A stretch of DNA of 32,736 nucleotides. Source: Azolla caroliniana. Its lineage: Eukaryota > Plantae > Polypodiophyta. The stretch spans positions 1 through 32,736 of the forward strand of contig JBHGNT010000348.1 in the NCBI GenBank assembly GCA_043228905.1, written 5' to 3'. Positions 20,812 to 32,538 of this stretch are shown here, piece after piece (position 1 is the first letter of the stretch; each line of letters begins with the position of its first letter). Under the pieces are notes generated by a model. The model was not told where the DNA came from. It did not search any database and saw only the letters and a program-made list of their open reading frames with translations. Both the position numbers and the translations under genes were made by a program.

Positions 20812-21733
20812 CAGGATCCTCCTGCTTCGACCTACCATATCACTAGCCCTATACTCACCTCCATCACACCAGGAGTGGGATTATGCACTTGGGCATTTCA
20901 AATCTACTAACCTATGGACGCTTCGTCCATATTGCAACGTAGACAGTATGTAACCTCATGATAGCCACCTACACATGTGATGCCATTGAGGTTGTAGAGT
21001 GCGTATGGGCCTCGTAAAACGAGGATAAGGTGGTGAGAAAAGGTTTTTAGGGTGTTGGTTCTCTCCACGAAAACGTTATCGGTGGTTGTGGCCACGAGGG
21101 GGTTTAGAATCCATTGCGACCAACATACGGACGACGACACGCGTTTTCATTGTGATTACAAGATCCGTCGTCGTTGTGGACGCTGCAACCACCGGAGGAA
21201 TATGAAGGTGGCACCATTCAAGGACAACATTTCTAGGTGAAACATGCGTGGGTTGGTTGGTTCACACGATGATGAAAATGGTAGATAGACATGGGAATTT
21301 CATGTGGAATCATGTTTGTAGTAGGAGTTACGATCAGCCACTACTATTGCGCACATCATGGTACGGCGAGACACGGCATTGTATGAGGGTGGCTTCAATA
21401 CAACATTGTGATGGCATCGACGTTTGACGAGTTTCGCGTTGCTCGTGAGAGAGATAGCGATAGATGGATAGAGATAGATATAGGTAGGGTGGGAGTGGGT
21501 AGTGTGCGTGTGGGCACGTTACCTAATCATGTGTGCGTGGAGTTTCATTTTGCTTGTGCAATGAGCGAGCGAGGGCACGCGACCTGATCGTGCGTGCGTG
21601 CGTGCATGTTGTGCGCGAGCGTGGGAGAAATATGATTGAGAGGGTTATGAGAACGTCAAGACACCACACAGAGCACACCATTTACATTTACGATGTTCAG
21701 AAAGTGTATAGTTGAAAAAGTTATGTACGTTCT

Positions 21734-22771
21734 TTAAAAGTGGCGAATACAAGCGCGTGGGCGAAGATCACATTGTTGGAGAAGGCGAGAGGTTGCCACG
21801 CTTAGAAGTTGTTCCTCCTCACCGGCCTTGAAACGACGACGTTGTTCCTCATCTTGTCGTCCGGTCATGCGATAACGGCGCTCGTCCTCCTCGCGCTCGC
21901 TACTGTCTCTCTCTCGCTCGGCATCCTCTTCCCATTGACGACGTTCCCTTGACACTTGGTTATGGCGGTGACCATCATTGCGTGCCTCTTCTCCGCTAAT
22001 GTATAAGGCCTCGCGGAGGCGGTTGCAACGCTCTTCTACGGGGATTTGTTCCACGTTCCTGCAGCATCTTTCGGAGGGCCTTGCATATCGGCTGATTTCA
22101 TCCCAAGAGGTGCGACGGCTTCGTCCACGTTCTTCCTTCTCATTACGTTCTTGTAGGTGGCGGACCTGCCTATCGACGAAGTTTTGGCACTCTTGCCTCA
22201 ACTCTCGGTCTCGTGGCTCATCGCGATCGCGGCCGCGACGATCCCGTTCCTCTTCGGACTCTCTCTTGTTGTCTCTGCGACGTCCTTCATCGAGGGATCC
22301 TTCACGACGTCGGTCGCGCCTCTCCTGCTCGACATCCTCCTCCCTGCGTCGATCGCGCCTCTCGTCACGTGACTCATCACGATCGCGACCGCGACGATCC
22401 CGTTCCTCTTCGGACTCTCTCTTGTTGTCTCCGTAGCGCCCCTCCTCGATGGACCCCTCGCGACGTCCCCCGCGCCTCTCCTCATCGAAATCCTCCTCCC
22501 TGCGTCGATCGCGCCTCTCCTCACGTGGCTCATCGCGATCGTGACTGCGACGATCCCGGTCCTCATCCGACTCTCTCTTGTTGTCTCTGTAGCGCCCCTC
22601 ATCGATGGATCCCTCACGACGTCCGCTGCGCCTCTCCTCGTCGACATCCTCCTCCCTACGTCGATCGCGCCTCTCCTCTTCGCGATCCCGTCCTACAGAT
22701 CTAGCATTGGCCGCGCCGCAGGCGGCTAGCATGATAACCGCCATGAGGAATATGATAGTGAGCTTCGCCAT
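21734..22771 (-). CDS. Copy 11: Arg-rich 2S-albumin-like precursor, 345 aa, intact
   Basis: Translation identical to copy 2. Confidence 0.85.
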   Translation of the reverse strand: MAKLTIIFLMAVIMLAACGAANARSVGRDREEERRDRRREEDVDEERRSGRREGSIDEGRYRDNKRESDEDRDRRSHDRDEPREERRDRRREEDFDEERRGGRREGSIEEGRYGDNKRESEEERDRRGRDRDESRDERRDRRREEDVEQERRDRRREGSLDEGRRRDNKRESEEERDRRGRDRDEPRDRELRQECQNFVDRQVRHLQERNEKEERGRSRRTSWDEISRYARPSERCCRNVEQIPVEERCNRLREALYISGEEARNDGHRHNQVSRERRQWEEDAERERDSSEREEDERRYRMTGRQDEEQRRRFKAGEEEQLLSVATSRLLQQCDLRPRACIRHF

Positions 22772-22837
22772 TGCTTGTGTTCGGAACTACCCCGGTTCTC
22801 TCTCCGCCTATTTGAGTGTGTCATGGTTGATCCACCC

Positions 22838-22972
22838 TTATATACACAAGGCCATGCATGTCTAGTACATGCATGTCCCTTCCCACGTCCATTCCTATAG
22901 ACGTTAATGGCATGATCCATACTTGGGCCACGGAAGAGACCATTCACTTTTATCCACCCCCCTTTACGTGTC
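22838..22972 (-). promoter_or_regulatory. Promoter module of copy 11 (TATA, 2x RY, ABRE)
   Basis: Same motifs and offsets as copy 2. Confidence 0.72.
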
Positions 22973-23894
22973 CAGGATCCTCCTGCTTCGACCTACCATA
23001 TCACTAGCCCTATACTCACCTCCATCACACCAGGAGTGGGATTATGCACTTGGGCATTTCAAATCTACTAACCTATGGACGCTTCGTCCATATTGCAACG
23101 TAGACAGTATGTAACCTCATGATAGCCACCTACACATGTGATGCCATTGAGGTTGTAGAGTGCGTATGGGCCTCGTAAAACGAGGATAAGGTGGTGAGAA
23201 AAGGTTTTTAGGGTGTTGGTTCTCTCCACGAAAACGTTATCGGTGGTTGTGGCCACGAGGGGGTTTAGAATCCATTGCGACCAACATACGGACGACGACA
23301 CGCGTTTTCATTGTGATTACAAGATCCGTCGTCGTTGTGGACGCTGCAACCACCGGAGGAATATGAAGGTGGCACCATTCAAGGACAACATTTCTAGGTG
23401 AAACATGCGTGGGTTGGTTGGTTCACACGATGATGAAAATGGTAGATAGACATGGGAATTTCATGTGGAATCATGTTTGTAGTAGGAGTTACGATCAGCC
23501 ACTACTATTGCGCACATCATGGTACGGCGAGACACGGCATTGTATGAGGGTGGCTTCAATACAACATTGTGATGGCATCGACGTTTGACGAGTTTCGCGT
23601 TGCTCGTGAGAGAGATAGCGATAGATGGATAGAGATAGATATAGGTAGGGTGGGAGTGGGTAGTGTGCGTGTGGGCACGTTACCTAATCATGTGTGCGTG
23701 GAGTTTCATTTTGCTTGTGCAATGAGCGAGCGAGGGCACGCGACCTGATCGTGCGTGCGTGCGTGCATGTTGTGCGCGAGCGTGGGAGAAATATGATTGA
23801 GAGGGTTATGAGAACGTCAAGACACCACACAGAGCACACCATTTACATTTACGATGTTCAGAAAGTGTATAGTTGAAAAAGTTATGTACGTTCT

Positions 23895-24932
23895 TTAAAA
23901 GTGGCGAATACAAGCGCGTGGGCGAAGATCACATTGTTGGAGAAGGCGAGAGGTTGCCACGCTTAGAAGTTGTTCCTCCTCACCGGCCTTGAAACGACGA
24001 CGTTGTTCCTCATCTTGTCGTCCGGTCATGCGATAACGGCGCTCGTCCTCCTCGCGCTCGCTACTGTCTCTCTCTCGCTCGGCATCCTCTTCCCATTGAC
24101 GACGTTCCCTTGACACTTGGTTATGGCGGTGACCATCATTGCGTGCCTCTTCTCCGCTAATGTATAAGGCCTCGCGGAGGCGGTTGCAACGCTCTTCTAC
24201 GGGGATTTGTTCCACGTTCCTGCAGCATCTTTCGGAGGGCCTTGCATATCGGCTGATTTCATCCCAAGAGGTGCGACGGCTTCGTCCACGTTCTTCCTTC
24301 TCATTACGTTCTTGTAGGTGGCGGACCTGCCTATCGACGAAGTTTTGGCACTCTTGCCTCAACTCTCAGTCTCGTGGCTCATCGCGATCGCGGCCGCGAC
24401 GATCCCGTTCCTCTTCGGACTCTCTCTTGTTGTCTCTGCGACGTCCTTCATCGAGGGATCCTTCACGACGTCGGTCGCGCCTCTCCTGCTCGACATCCTC
24501 CTCCCTGCGTCGATCGCGCCTCTCGTCACGTGACTCATCACGATCGCGACCGCGACGATCCCGTTCCTCTTCGGACTCTCTCTTGTTGTCTCCGTAGCGC
24601 CCCTCCTCGATGGACCCCTCGCGACGTCCCCCGCGCCTCTCCTCATCGAAATCCTCCTCCCTGCGTCGATCGCGCCTCTCCTCACGTGGCTCATCGCGAT
24701 CGTGACTGCGACGATCCCGGTCCTCATCCGACTCTCTCTTGTTGTCTCTGTAGCGCCCCTCATCGATGGATCCCTCACGACGTCCGCTGCGCCTCTCCTC
24801 GTCGACATCCTCCTCCCTACGTCGATCGCGCCTCTCCTCTTCGCGATCCCGTCCTACAGATCTAGCATTGGCCGCGCCGCAGGCGGCTAGCATGATAACC
24901 GCCATGAGGAATATGATAGTGAGCTTCGCCAT
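23895..24932 (-). pseudogene. Copy 12, nonsense change R189* (CGA>TGA, G>A at 24368); 188-aa ORF 24366..24932
   Basis: 'aactctcagt' versus consensus 'aactctcggt'. Confidence 0.8.
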
Positions 24933-24998
24933 TGCTTGTGTTCGGAACTACCCCGGTTCTCTCTCCGCCTATTTGAGTGTGTCATGGTTGATCCACCC

Positions 24999-25133
24999 TT
25001 ATATACACAAGGCCATGCATGTCTAGTACATGCATGTCCCTTCCCACGTCCATTCCTATAGACGTTAATGGCATGATCCATACTTGGGCCACGGAAGAGA
25101 CCATTCACTTTTATCCACCCCCCTTTACGTGTC
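24999..25133 (-). promoter_or_regulatory. Promoter module of copy 12 (TATA, 2x RY, ABRE)
   Basis: Same motifs and offsets as copy 2. Confidence 0.72.
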
Positions 25134-26055
25134 CAGGATCCTCCTGCTTCGACCTACCATATCACTAGCCCTATACTCACCTCCATCACACCAGGAGTGG
25201 GATTATGCACTTGGGCATTTCAAATCTACTAACCTATGGACGCTTCGTCCATATTGCAACGTAGACAGTATGTAACCTCATGATAGCCACCTACACATGT
25301 GATGCCATTGAGGTTGTAGAGTGCGTATGGGCCTCGTAAAACGAGGATAAGGTGGTGAGAAAAGGTTTTTAGGGTGTTGGTTCTCTCCACGAAAACGTTA
25401 TCGGTGGTTGTGGCCACGAGGGGGTTTAGAATCCATTGCGACCAACATACGGACGACGACACGCGTTTTCATTGTGATTACAAGATCCGTCGTCGTTGTG
25501 GACGCTGCAACCACCGGAGGAATATGAAGGTGGCACCATTCAAGGACAACATTTCTAGGTGAAACATGCGTGGGTTGGTTGGTTCACACGATGATGAAAA
25601 TGGTAGATAGACATGGGAATTTCATGTGGAATCATGTTTGTAGTAGGAGTTACGATCAGCCACTACTATTGCGCACATCATGGTACGGCGAGACACGGCA
25701 TTGTATGAGGGTGGCTTCAATACAACATTGTGATGGCATCGACGTTTGACGAGTTTCGCGTTGCTCGTGAGAGAGATAGCGATAGATGGATAGAGATAGA
25801 TATAGGTAGGGTGGGAGTGGGTAGTGTGCGTGTGGGCACGTTACCTAATCATGTGTGCGTGGAGTTTCATTTTGCTTGTGCAATGAGCGAGCGAGGGCAC
25901 GCGACCTGATCGTGCGTGCGTGCGTGCATGTTGTGCGCGAGCGTGGGAGAAATATGATTGAGAGGGTTATGAGAACGTCAAGACACCACACAGAGCACAC
26001 CATTTACATTTACGATGTTCAGAAAGTGTATAGTTGAAAAAGTTATGTACGTTCT

Positions 26056-27093
26056 TTAAAAGTGGCGAATACAAGCGCGTGGGCGAAGATCACATTGTTG
26101 GAGAAGGCGAGAGGTTGCCACGCTTAGAAGTTGTTCCTCCTCACCGGCCTTGAAACGACGACGTTGTTCCTCATCTTGTCGTCCGGTCATGCGATAACGG
26201 CGCTCGTCCTCCTCGCGCTCGCTACTGTCTCTCTCTCGCTCGGCATCCTCTTCCCATTGACGACGTTCCCTTGACACTTGGTTATGGCGGTGACCATCAT
26301 TGCGTGCCTCTTCTCCGCTAATGTATAAGGCCTCGCGGAGGCGGTTGCAACGCTCTTCTACGGGGATTTGTTCCACGTTCCTGCAGCATCTTTCGGAGGG
26401 CCTTGCATATCGGCTGATTTCATCCCAAGAGGTGCGACGGCTTCGTCCACGTTCTTCCTTCTCATTACGTTCTTGTAGGTGGCGGACCTGCCTATCGACG
26501 AAGTTTTGGCACTCTTGCCTCAACTCTCGGTCTCGTGGCTCATCGCGATCGCGGCCGCGACGATCCCGTTCCTCTTCGGACTCTCTCTTGTTGTCTCTGC
26601 GACGTCCTTCATCGAGGGATCCTTCACGACGTCGGTCGCGCCTCTCCTGCTCGACATCCTCCTCCCTGCGTCGATCGCGCCTCTCGTCACGTGACTCATC
26701 ACGATCGCGACCGCGACGATCCCGTTCCTCTTCGGACTCTCTCTTGTTGTCTCCGTAGCGCCCCTCCTCGATGGACCCCTCGCGACGTCCCCCGCGCCTC
26801 TCCTCATCGAAATCCTCCTCCCTGCGTCGATCGCGCCTCTCCTCACGTGGCTCATCGCGATCGTGACTGCGACGATCCCGGTCCTCATCCGACTCTCTCT
26901 TGTTGTCTCTGTAGCGCCCCTCATCGATGGATCCCTCACGACGTCCGCTGCGCCTCTCCTCGTCGACATCCTCCTCCCTACGTCGATCGCGCCTCTCCTC
27001 TTCGCGATCCCGTCCTACAGATCTAGCATTGGCCGCGCCGCAGGCGGCTAGCATGATAACCGCCATGAGGAATATGATAGTGAGCTTCGCCAT
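26056..27093 (-). CDS. Copy 13: Arg-rich 2S-albumin-like precursor, 345 aa, intact
   Basis: Translation identical to copy 2. Confidence 0.85.
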   Translation of the reverse strand: MAKLTIIFLMAVIMLAACGAANARSVGRDREEERRDRRREEDVDEERRSGRREGSIDEGRYRDNKRESDEDRDRRSHDRDEPREERRDRRREEDFDEERRGGRREGSIEEGRYGDNKRESEEERDRRGRDRDESRDERRDRRREEDVEQERRDRRREGSLDEGRRRDNKRESEEERDRRGRDRDEPRDRELRQECQNFVDRQVRHLQERNEKEERGRSRRTSWDEISRYARPSERCCRNVEQIPVEERCNRLREALYISGEEARNDGHRHNQVSRERRQWEEDAERERDSSEREEDERRYRMTGRQDEEQRRRFKAGEEEQLLSVATSRLLQQCDLRPRACIRHF

Positions 27094-27159
27094 TGCTTGT
27101 GTTCGGAACTACCCCGGTTCTCTCTCCGCCTATTTGAGTGTGTCATGGTTGATCCACCC

Positions 27160-27294
27160 TTATATACACAAGGCCATGCATGTCTAGTACATGCATGTCC
27201 CTTCCCACGTCCATTCCTATAGACGTTAATGGCATGATCCATACTTGGGCCACGGAAGAGACCATTCACTTTTATCCACCCCCCTTTACGTGTC
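27160..27294 (-). promoter_or_regulatory. Promoter module of copy 13 (TATA, 2x RY, ABRE)
   Basis: Same motifs and offsets as copy 2. Confidence 0.72.
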
Positions 27295-28216
27295 CAGGAT
27301 CCTCCTGCTTCGACCTACCATATCACTAGCCCTATACTCACCTCCATCACACCAGGAGTGGGATTATGCACTTGGGCATTTCAAATCTACTAACCTATGG
27401 ACGCTTCGTCCATATTGCAACGTAGACAGTATGTAACCTCATGATAGCCACCTACACATGTGATGCCATTGAGGTTGTAGAGTGCGTATGGGCCTCGTAA
27501 AACGAGGATAAGGTGGTGAGAAAAGGTTTTTAGGGTGTTGGTTCTCTCCACGAAAACGTTATCGGTGGTTGTGGCCACGAGGGGGTTTAGAATCCATTGC
27601 GACCAACATACGGACGACGACACGCGTTTTCATTGTGATTACAAGATCCGTCGTCGTTGTGGACGCTGCAACCACCGGAGGAATATGAAGGTGGCACCAT
27701 TCAAGGACAACATTTCTAGGTGAAACATGCGTGGGTTGGTTGGTTCACACGATGATGAAAATGGTAGATAGACATGGGAATTTCATGTGGAATCATGTTT
27801 GTAGTAGGAGTTACGATCAGCCACTACTATTGCGCACATCATGGTACGGCGAGACACGGCATTGTATGAGGGTGGCTTCAATACAACATTGTGATGGCAT
27901 CGACGTTTGACGAGTTTCGCGTTGCTCGTGAGAGAGATAGCGATAGATGGATAGAGATAGATATAGGTAGGGTGGGAGTGGGTAGTGTGCGTGTGGGCAC
28001 GTTACCTAATCATGTGTGCGTGGAGTTTCATTTTGCTTGTGCAATGAGCGAGCGAGGGCACGCGACCTGATCGTGCGTGCGTGCGTGCATGTTGTGCGCG
28101 AGCGTGGGAGAAATATGATTGAGAGGGTTATGAGAACGTCAAGACACCACACAGAGCACACCATTTACATTTACGATGTTCAGAAAGTGTATAGTTGAAA
28201 AAGTTATGTACGTTCT

Positions 28217-29254
28217 TTAAAAGTGGCGAATACAAGCGCGTGGGCGAAGATCACATTGTTGGAGAAGGCGAGAGGTTGCCACGCTTAGAAGTTGTTCCTC
28301 CTCACCGGCCTTGAAACGACGACGTTGTTCCTCATCTTGTCGTCCGGTCATGCGATAACGGCGCTCGTCCTCCTCGCGCTCGCTACTGTCTCTCTCTCGC
28401 TCGGCATCCTCTTCCCATTGACGACGTTCCCTTGACACTTGGTTATGGCGGTGACCATCATTGCGTGCCTCTTCTCCGCTAATGTATAAGGCCTCGCGGA
28501 GGCGGTTGCAACGCTCTTCTACGGGGATTTGTTCCACGTTCCTGCAGCATCTTTCGGAGGGCCTTGCATATCGGCTGATTTCATCCCAAGAGGTGCGACG
28601 GCTTCGTCCACGTTCTTCCTTCTCATTACGTTCTTGTAGGTGGCGGACCTGCCTATCGACGAAGTTTTGGCACTCTTGCCTCAACTCTCGGTCTCGTGGC
28701 TCATCGCGATCGCGGCCGCGACGATCCCGTTCCTCTTCGGACTCTCTCTTGTTGTCTCTGCGACGTCCTTCATCGAGGGATCCTTCACGACGTCGGTCGC
28801 GCCTCTCCTGCTCGACATCCTCCTCCCTGCGTCGATCGCGCCTCTCGTCACGTGACTCATCACGATCGCGACCGCGACGATCCCGTTCCTCTTCGGACTC
28901 TCTCTTGTTGTCTCCGTAGCGCCCCTCCTCGATGGACCCCTCGCGACGTCCCCCGCGCCTCTCCTCATCGAAATCCTCCTCCCTGCGTCGATCGCGCCTC
29001 TCCTCACGTGGCTCATCGCGATCGTGACTGCGACGATCCCGGTCCTCATCCGACTCTCTCTTGTTGTCTCTGTAGCGCCCCTCATCGATGGATCCCTCAC
29101 GACGTCCGCTGCGCCTCTCCTCGTCGACATCCTCCTCCCTACGTCGATCGCGCCTCTCCTCTTCGCGATCCCGTCCTACAGATCTAGCATTGGCCGCGCC
29201 GCAGGCGGCTAGCATGATAACCGCCATGAGGAATATGATAGTGAGCTTCGCCAT
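28217..29254 (-). CDS. Copy 14: Arg-rich 2S-albumin-like precursor, 345 aa, intact
   Basis: Translation identical to copy 2. Confidence 0.85.
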   Translation of the reverse strand: MAKLTIIFLMAVIMLAACGAANARSVGRDREEERRDRRREEDVDEERRSGRREGSIDEGRYRDNKRESDEDRDRRSHDRDEPREERRDRRREEDFDEERRGGRREGSIEEGRYGDNKRESEEERDRRGRDRDESRDERRDRRREEDVEQERRDRRREGSLDEGRRRDNKRESEEERDRRGRDRDEPRDRELRQECQNFVDRQVRHLQERNEKEERGRSRRTSWDEISRYARPSERCCRNVEQIPVEERCNRLREALYISGEEARNDGHRHNQVSRERRQWEEDAERERDSSEREEDERRYRMTGRQDEEQRRRFKAGEEEQLLSVATSRLLQQCDLRPRACIRHF

Positions 29255-29320
29255 TGCTTGTGTTCGGAACTACCCCGGTTCTCTCTCCGCCTATTTGAGT
29301 GTGTCATGGTTGATCCACCC

Positions 29321-29455
29321 TTATATACACAAGGCCATGCATGTCTAGTACATGCATGTCCCTTCCCACGTCCATTCCTATAGACGTTAATGGCATGATC
29401 CATACTTGGGCCACGGAAGAGACCATTCACTTTTATCCACCCCCCTTTACGTGTC
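29321..29455 (-). promoter_or_regulatory. Promoter module of copy 14 (TATA, 2x RY, ABRE)
   Basis: Same motifs and offsets as copy 2. Confidence 0.72.
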
Positions 29456-30377
29456 CAGGATCCTCCTGCTTCGACCTACCATATCACTAGCCCTATACTC
29501 ACCTCCATCACACCAGGAGTGGGATTATGCACTTGGGCATTTCAAATCTACTAACCTATGGACGCTTCGTCCATATTGCAACGTAGACAGTATGTAACCT
29601 CATGATAGCCACCTACACATGTGATGCCATTGAGGTTGTAGAGTGCGTATGGGCCTCGTAAAACGAGGATAAGGTGGTGAGAAAAGGTTTTTAGGGTGTT
29701 GGTTCTCTCCACGAAAACGTTATCGGTGGTTGTGGCCACGAGGGGGTTTAGAATCCATTGCGACCAACATACGGACGACGACACGCGTTTTCATTGTGAT
29801 TACAAGATCCGTCGTCGTTGTGGACGCTGCAACCACCGGAGGAATATGAAGGTGGCACCATTCAAGGACAACATTTCTAGGTGAAACATGCGTGGGTTGG
29901 TTGGTTCACACGATGATGAAAATGGTAGATAGACATGGGAATTTCATGTGGAATCATGTTTGTAGTAGGAGTTACGATCAGCCACTACTATTGCGCACAT
30001 CATGGTACGGCGAGACACGGCATTGTATGAGGGTGGCTTCAATACAACATTGTGATGGCATCGACGTTTGACGAGTTTCGCGTTGCTCGTGAGAGAGATA
30101 GCGATAGATGGATAGAGATAGATATAGGTAGGGTGGGAGTGGGTAGTGTGCGTGTGGGCACGTTACCTAATCATGTGTGCGTGGAGTTTCATTTTGCTTG
30201 TGCAATGAGCGAGCGAGGGCACGCGACCTGATCGTGCGTGCGTGCGTGCATGTTGTGCGCGAGCGTGGGAGAAATATGATTGAGAGGGTTATGAGAACGT
30301 CAAGACACCACACAGAGCACACCATTTACATTTACGATGTTCAGAAAGTGTATAGTTGAAAAAGTTATGTACGTTCT

Positions 30378-31415
30378 TTAAAAGTGGCGAATACAAGCGC
30401 GTGGGCGAAGATCACATTGTTGGAGAAGGCGAGAGGTTGCCACGCTTAGAAGTTGTTCCTCCTCACCGGCCTTGAAACGACGACGTTGTTCCTCATCTTG
30501 TCGTCCGGTCATGCGATAACGGCGCTCGTCCTCCTCGCGCTCGCTACTGTCTCTCTCTCGCTCGGCATCCTCTTCCCATTGACGACGTTCCCTTGACACT
30601 TGGTTATGGCGGTGACCATCATTGCGTGCCTCTTCTCCGCTAATGTATAAGGCCTCGCGGAGGCGGTTGCAACGCTCTTCTACGGGGATTTGTTCCACGT
30701 TCCTGCAGCATCTTTCGGAGGGCCTTGCATATCGGCTGATTTCATCCCAAGAGGTGCGACGGCTTCGTCCACGTTCTTCCTTCTCATTACGTTCTTGTAG
30801 GTGGCGGACCTGCCTATCGACGAAGTTTTGGCACTCTTGCCTCAACTCTCGGTCTCGTGGCTCATCGCGATCGCGGCCGCGACGATCCCGTTCCTCTTCG
30901 GACTCTCTCTTGTTGTCTCTGCGACGTCCTTCATCGAGGGATCCTTCACGACGTCGGTCGCGCCTCTCCTGCTCGACATCCTCCTCCCTGCGTCGATCGC
31001 GCCTCTCGTCACGTGACTCATCACGATCGCGACCGCGACGATCCCGTTCCTCTTCGGACTCTCTCTTGTTGTCTCCGTAGCGCCCCTCCTCGATGGACCC
31101 CTCGCGACGTCCCCCGCGCCTCTCCTCATCGAAATCCTCCTCCCTGCGTCGATCGCGCCTCTCCTCACGTGGCTCATCGCGATCGTGACTGCGACGATCC
31201 CGGTCCTCATCCGACTCTCTCTTGTTGTCTCTGTAGCGCCCCTCATCGATGGATCCCTCACGACGTCCGCTGCGCCTCTCCTCGTCGACATCCTCCTCCC
31301 TACGTCGATCGCGCCTCTCCTCTTCGCGATCCCGTCCTACAGATCTAGCATTGGCCGCGCCGCAGGCGGCTAGCATGATAACCGCCATGAGGAATATGAT
31401 AGTGAGCTTCGCCAT
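30378..31415 (-). CDS. Copy 15: Arg-rich 2S-albumin-like precursor, 345 aa, intact
   Basis: Translation identical to copy 2. Confidence 0.85.
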   Translation of the reverse strand: MAKLTIIFLMAVIMLAACGAANARSVGRDREEERRDRRREEDVDEERRSGRREGSIDEGRYRDNKRESDEDRDRRSHDRDEPREERRDRRREEDFDEERRGGRREGSIEEGRYGDNKRESEEERDRRGRDRDESRDERRDRRREEDVEQERRDRRREGSLDEGRRRDNKRESEEERDRRGRDRDEPRDRELRQECQNFVDRQVRHLQERNEKEERGRSRRTSWDEISRYARPSERCCRNVEQIPVEERCNRLREALYISGEEARNDGHRHNQVSRERRQWEEDAERERDSSEREEDERRYRMTGRQDEEQRRRFKAGEEEQLLSVATSRLLQQCDLRPRACIRHF

Positions 31416-31481
31416 TGCTTGTGTTCGGAACTACCCCGGTTCTCTCTCCGCCTATTTGAGTGTGTCATGGTTGATCCACCC

Positions 31482-31616
31482 TTATATACACAAGGCCATG
31501 CATGTCTAGTACATGCATGTCCCTTCCCACGTCCATTCCTATAGACGTTAATGGCATGATCCATACTTGGGCCACGGAAGAGACCATTCACTTTTATCCA
31601 CCCCCCTTTACGTGTC
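31482..31616 (-). promoter_or_regulatory. Promoter module of copy 15 (TATA, 2x RY, ABRE)
   Basis: Same motifs and offsets as copy 2. Confidence 0.72.
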
Positions 31617-32538
31617 CAGGATCCTCCTGCTTCGACCTACCATATCACTAGCCCTATACTCACCTCCATCACACCAGGAGTGGGATTATGCACTTGGGCA
31701 TTTCAAATCTACTAACCTATGGACGCTTCGTCCATATTGCAACGTAGACAGTATGTAACCTCATGATAGCCACCTACACATGTGATGCCATTGAGGTTGT
31801 AGAGTGCGTATGGGCCTCGTAAAACGAGGATAAGGTGGTGAGAAAAGGTTTTTAGGGTGTTGGTTCTCTCCACGAAAACGTTATCGGTGGTTGTGGCCAC
31901 GAGGGGGTTTAGAATCCATTGCGACCAACATACGGACGACGACACGCGTTTTCATTGTGATTACAAGATCCGTCGTCGTTGTGGACGCTGCAACCACCGG
32001 AGGAATATGAAGGTGGCACCATTCAAGGACAACATTTCTAGGTGAAACATGCGTGGGTTGGTTGGTTCACACGATGATGAAAATGGTAGATAGACATGGG
32101 AATTTCATGTGGAATCATGTTTGTAGTAGGAGTTACGATCAGCCACTACTATTGCGCACATCATGGTACGGCGAGACACGGCATTGTATGAGGGTGGCTT
32201 CAATACAACATTGTGATGGCATCGACGTTTGACGAGTTTCGCGTTGCTCGTGAGAGAGATAGCGATAGATGGATAGAGATAGATATAGGTAGGGTGGGAG
32301 TGGGTAGTGTGCGTGTGGGCACGTTACCTAATCATGTGTGCGTGGAGTTTCATTTTGCTTGTGCAATGAGCGAGCGAGGGCACGCGACCTGATCGTGCGT
32401 GCGTGCGTGCATGTTGTGCGCGAGCGTGGGAGAAATATGATTGAGAGGGTTATGAGAACGTCAAGACACCACACAGAGCACACCATTTACATTTACGATG
32501 TTCAGAAAGTGTATAGTTGAAAAAGTTATGTACGTTCT

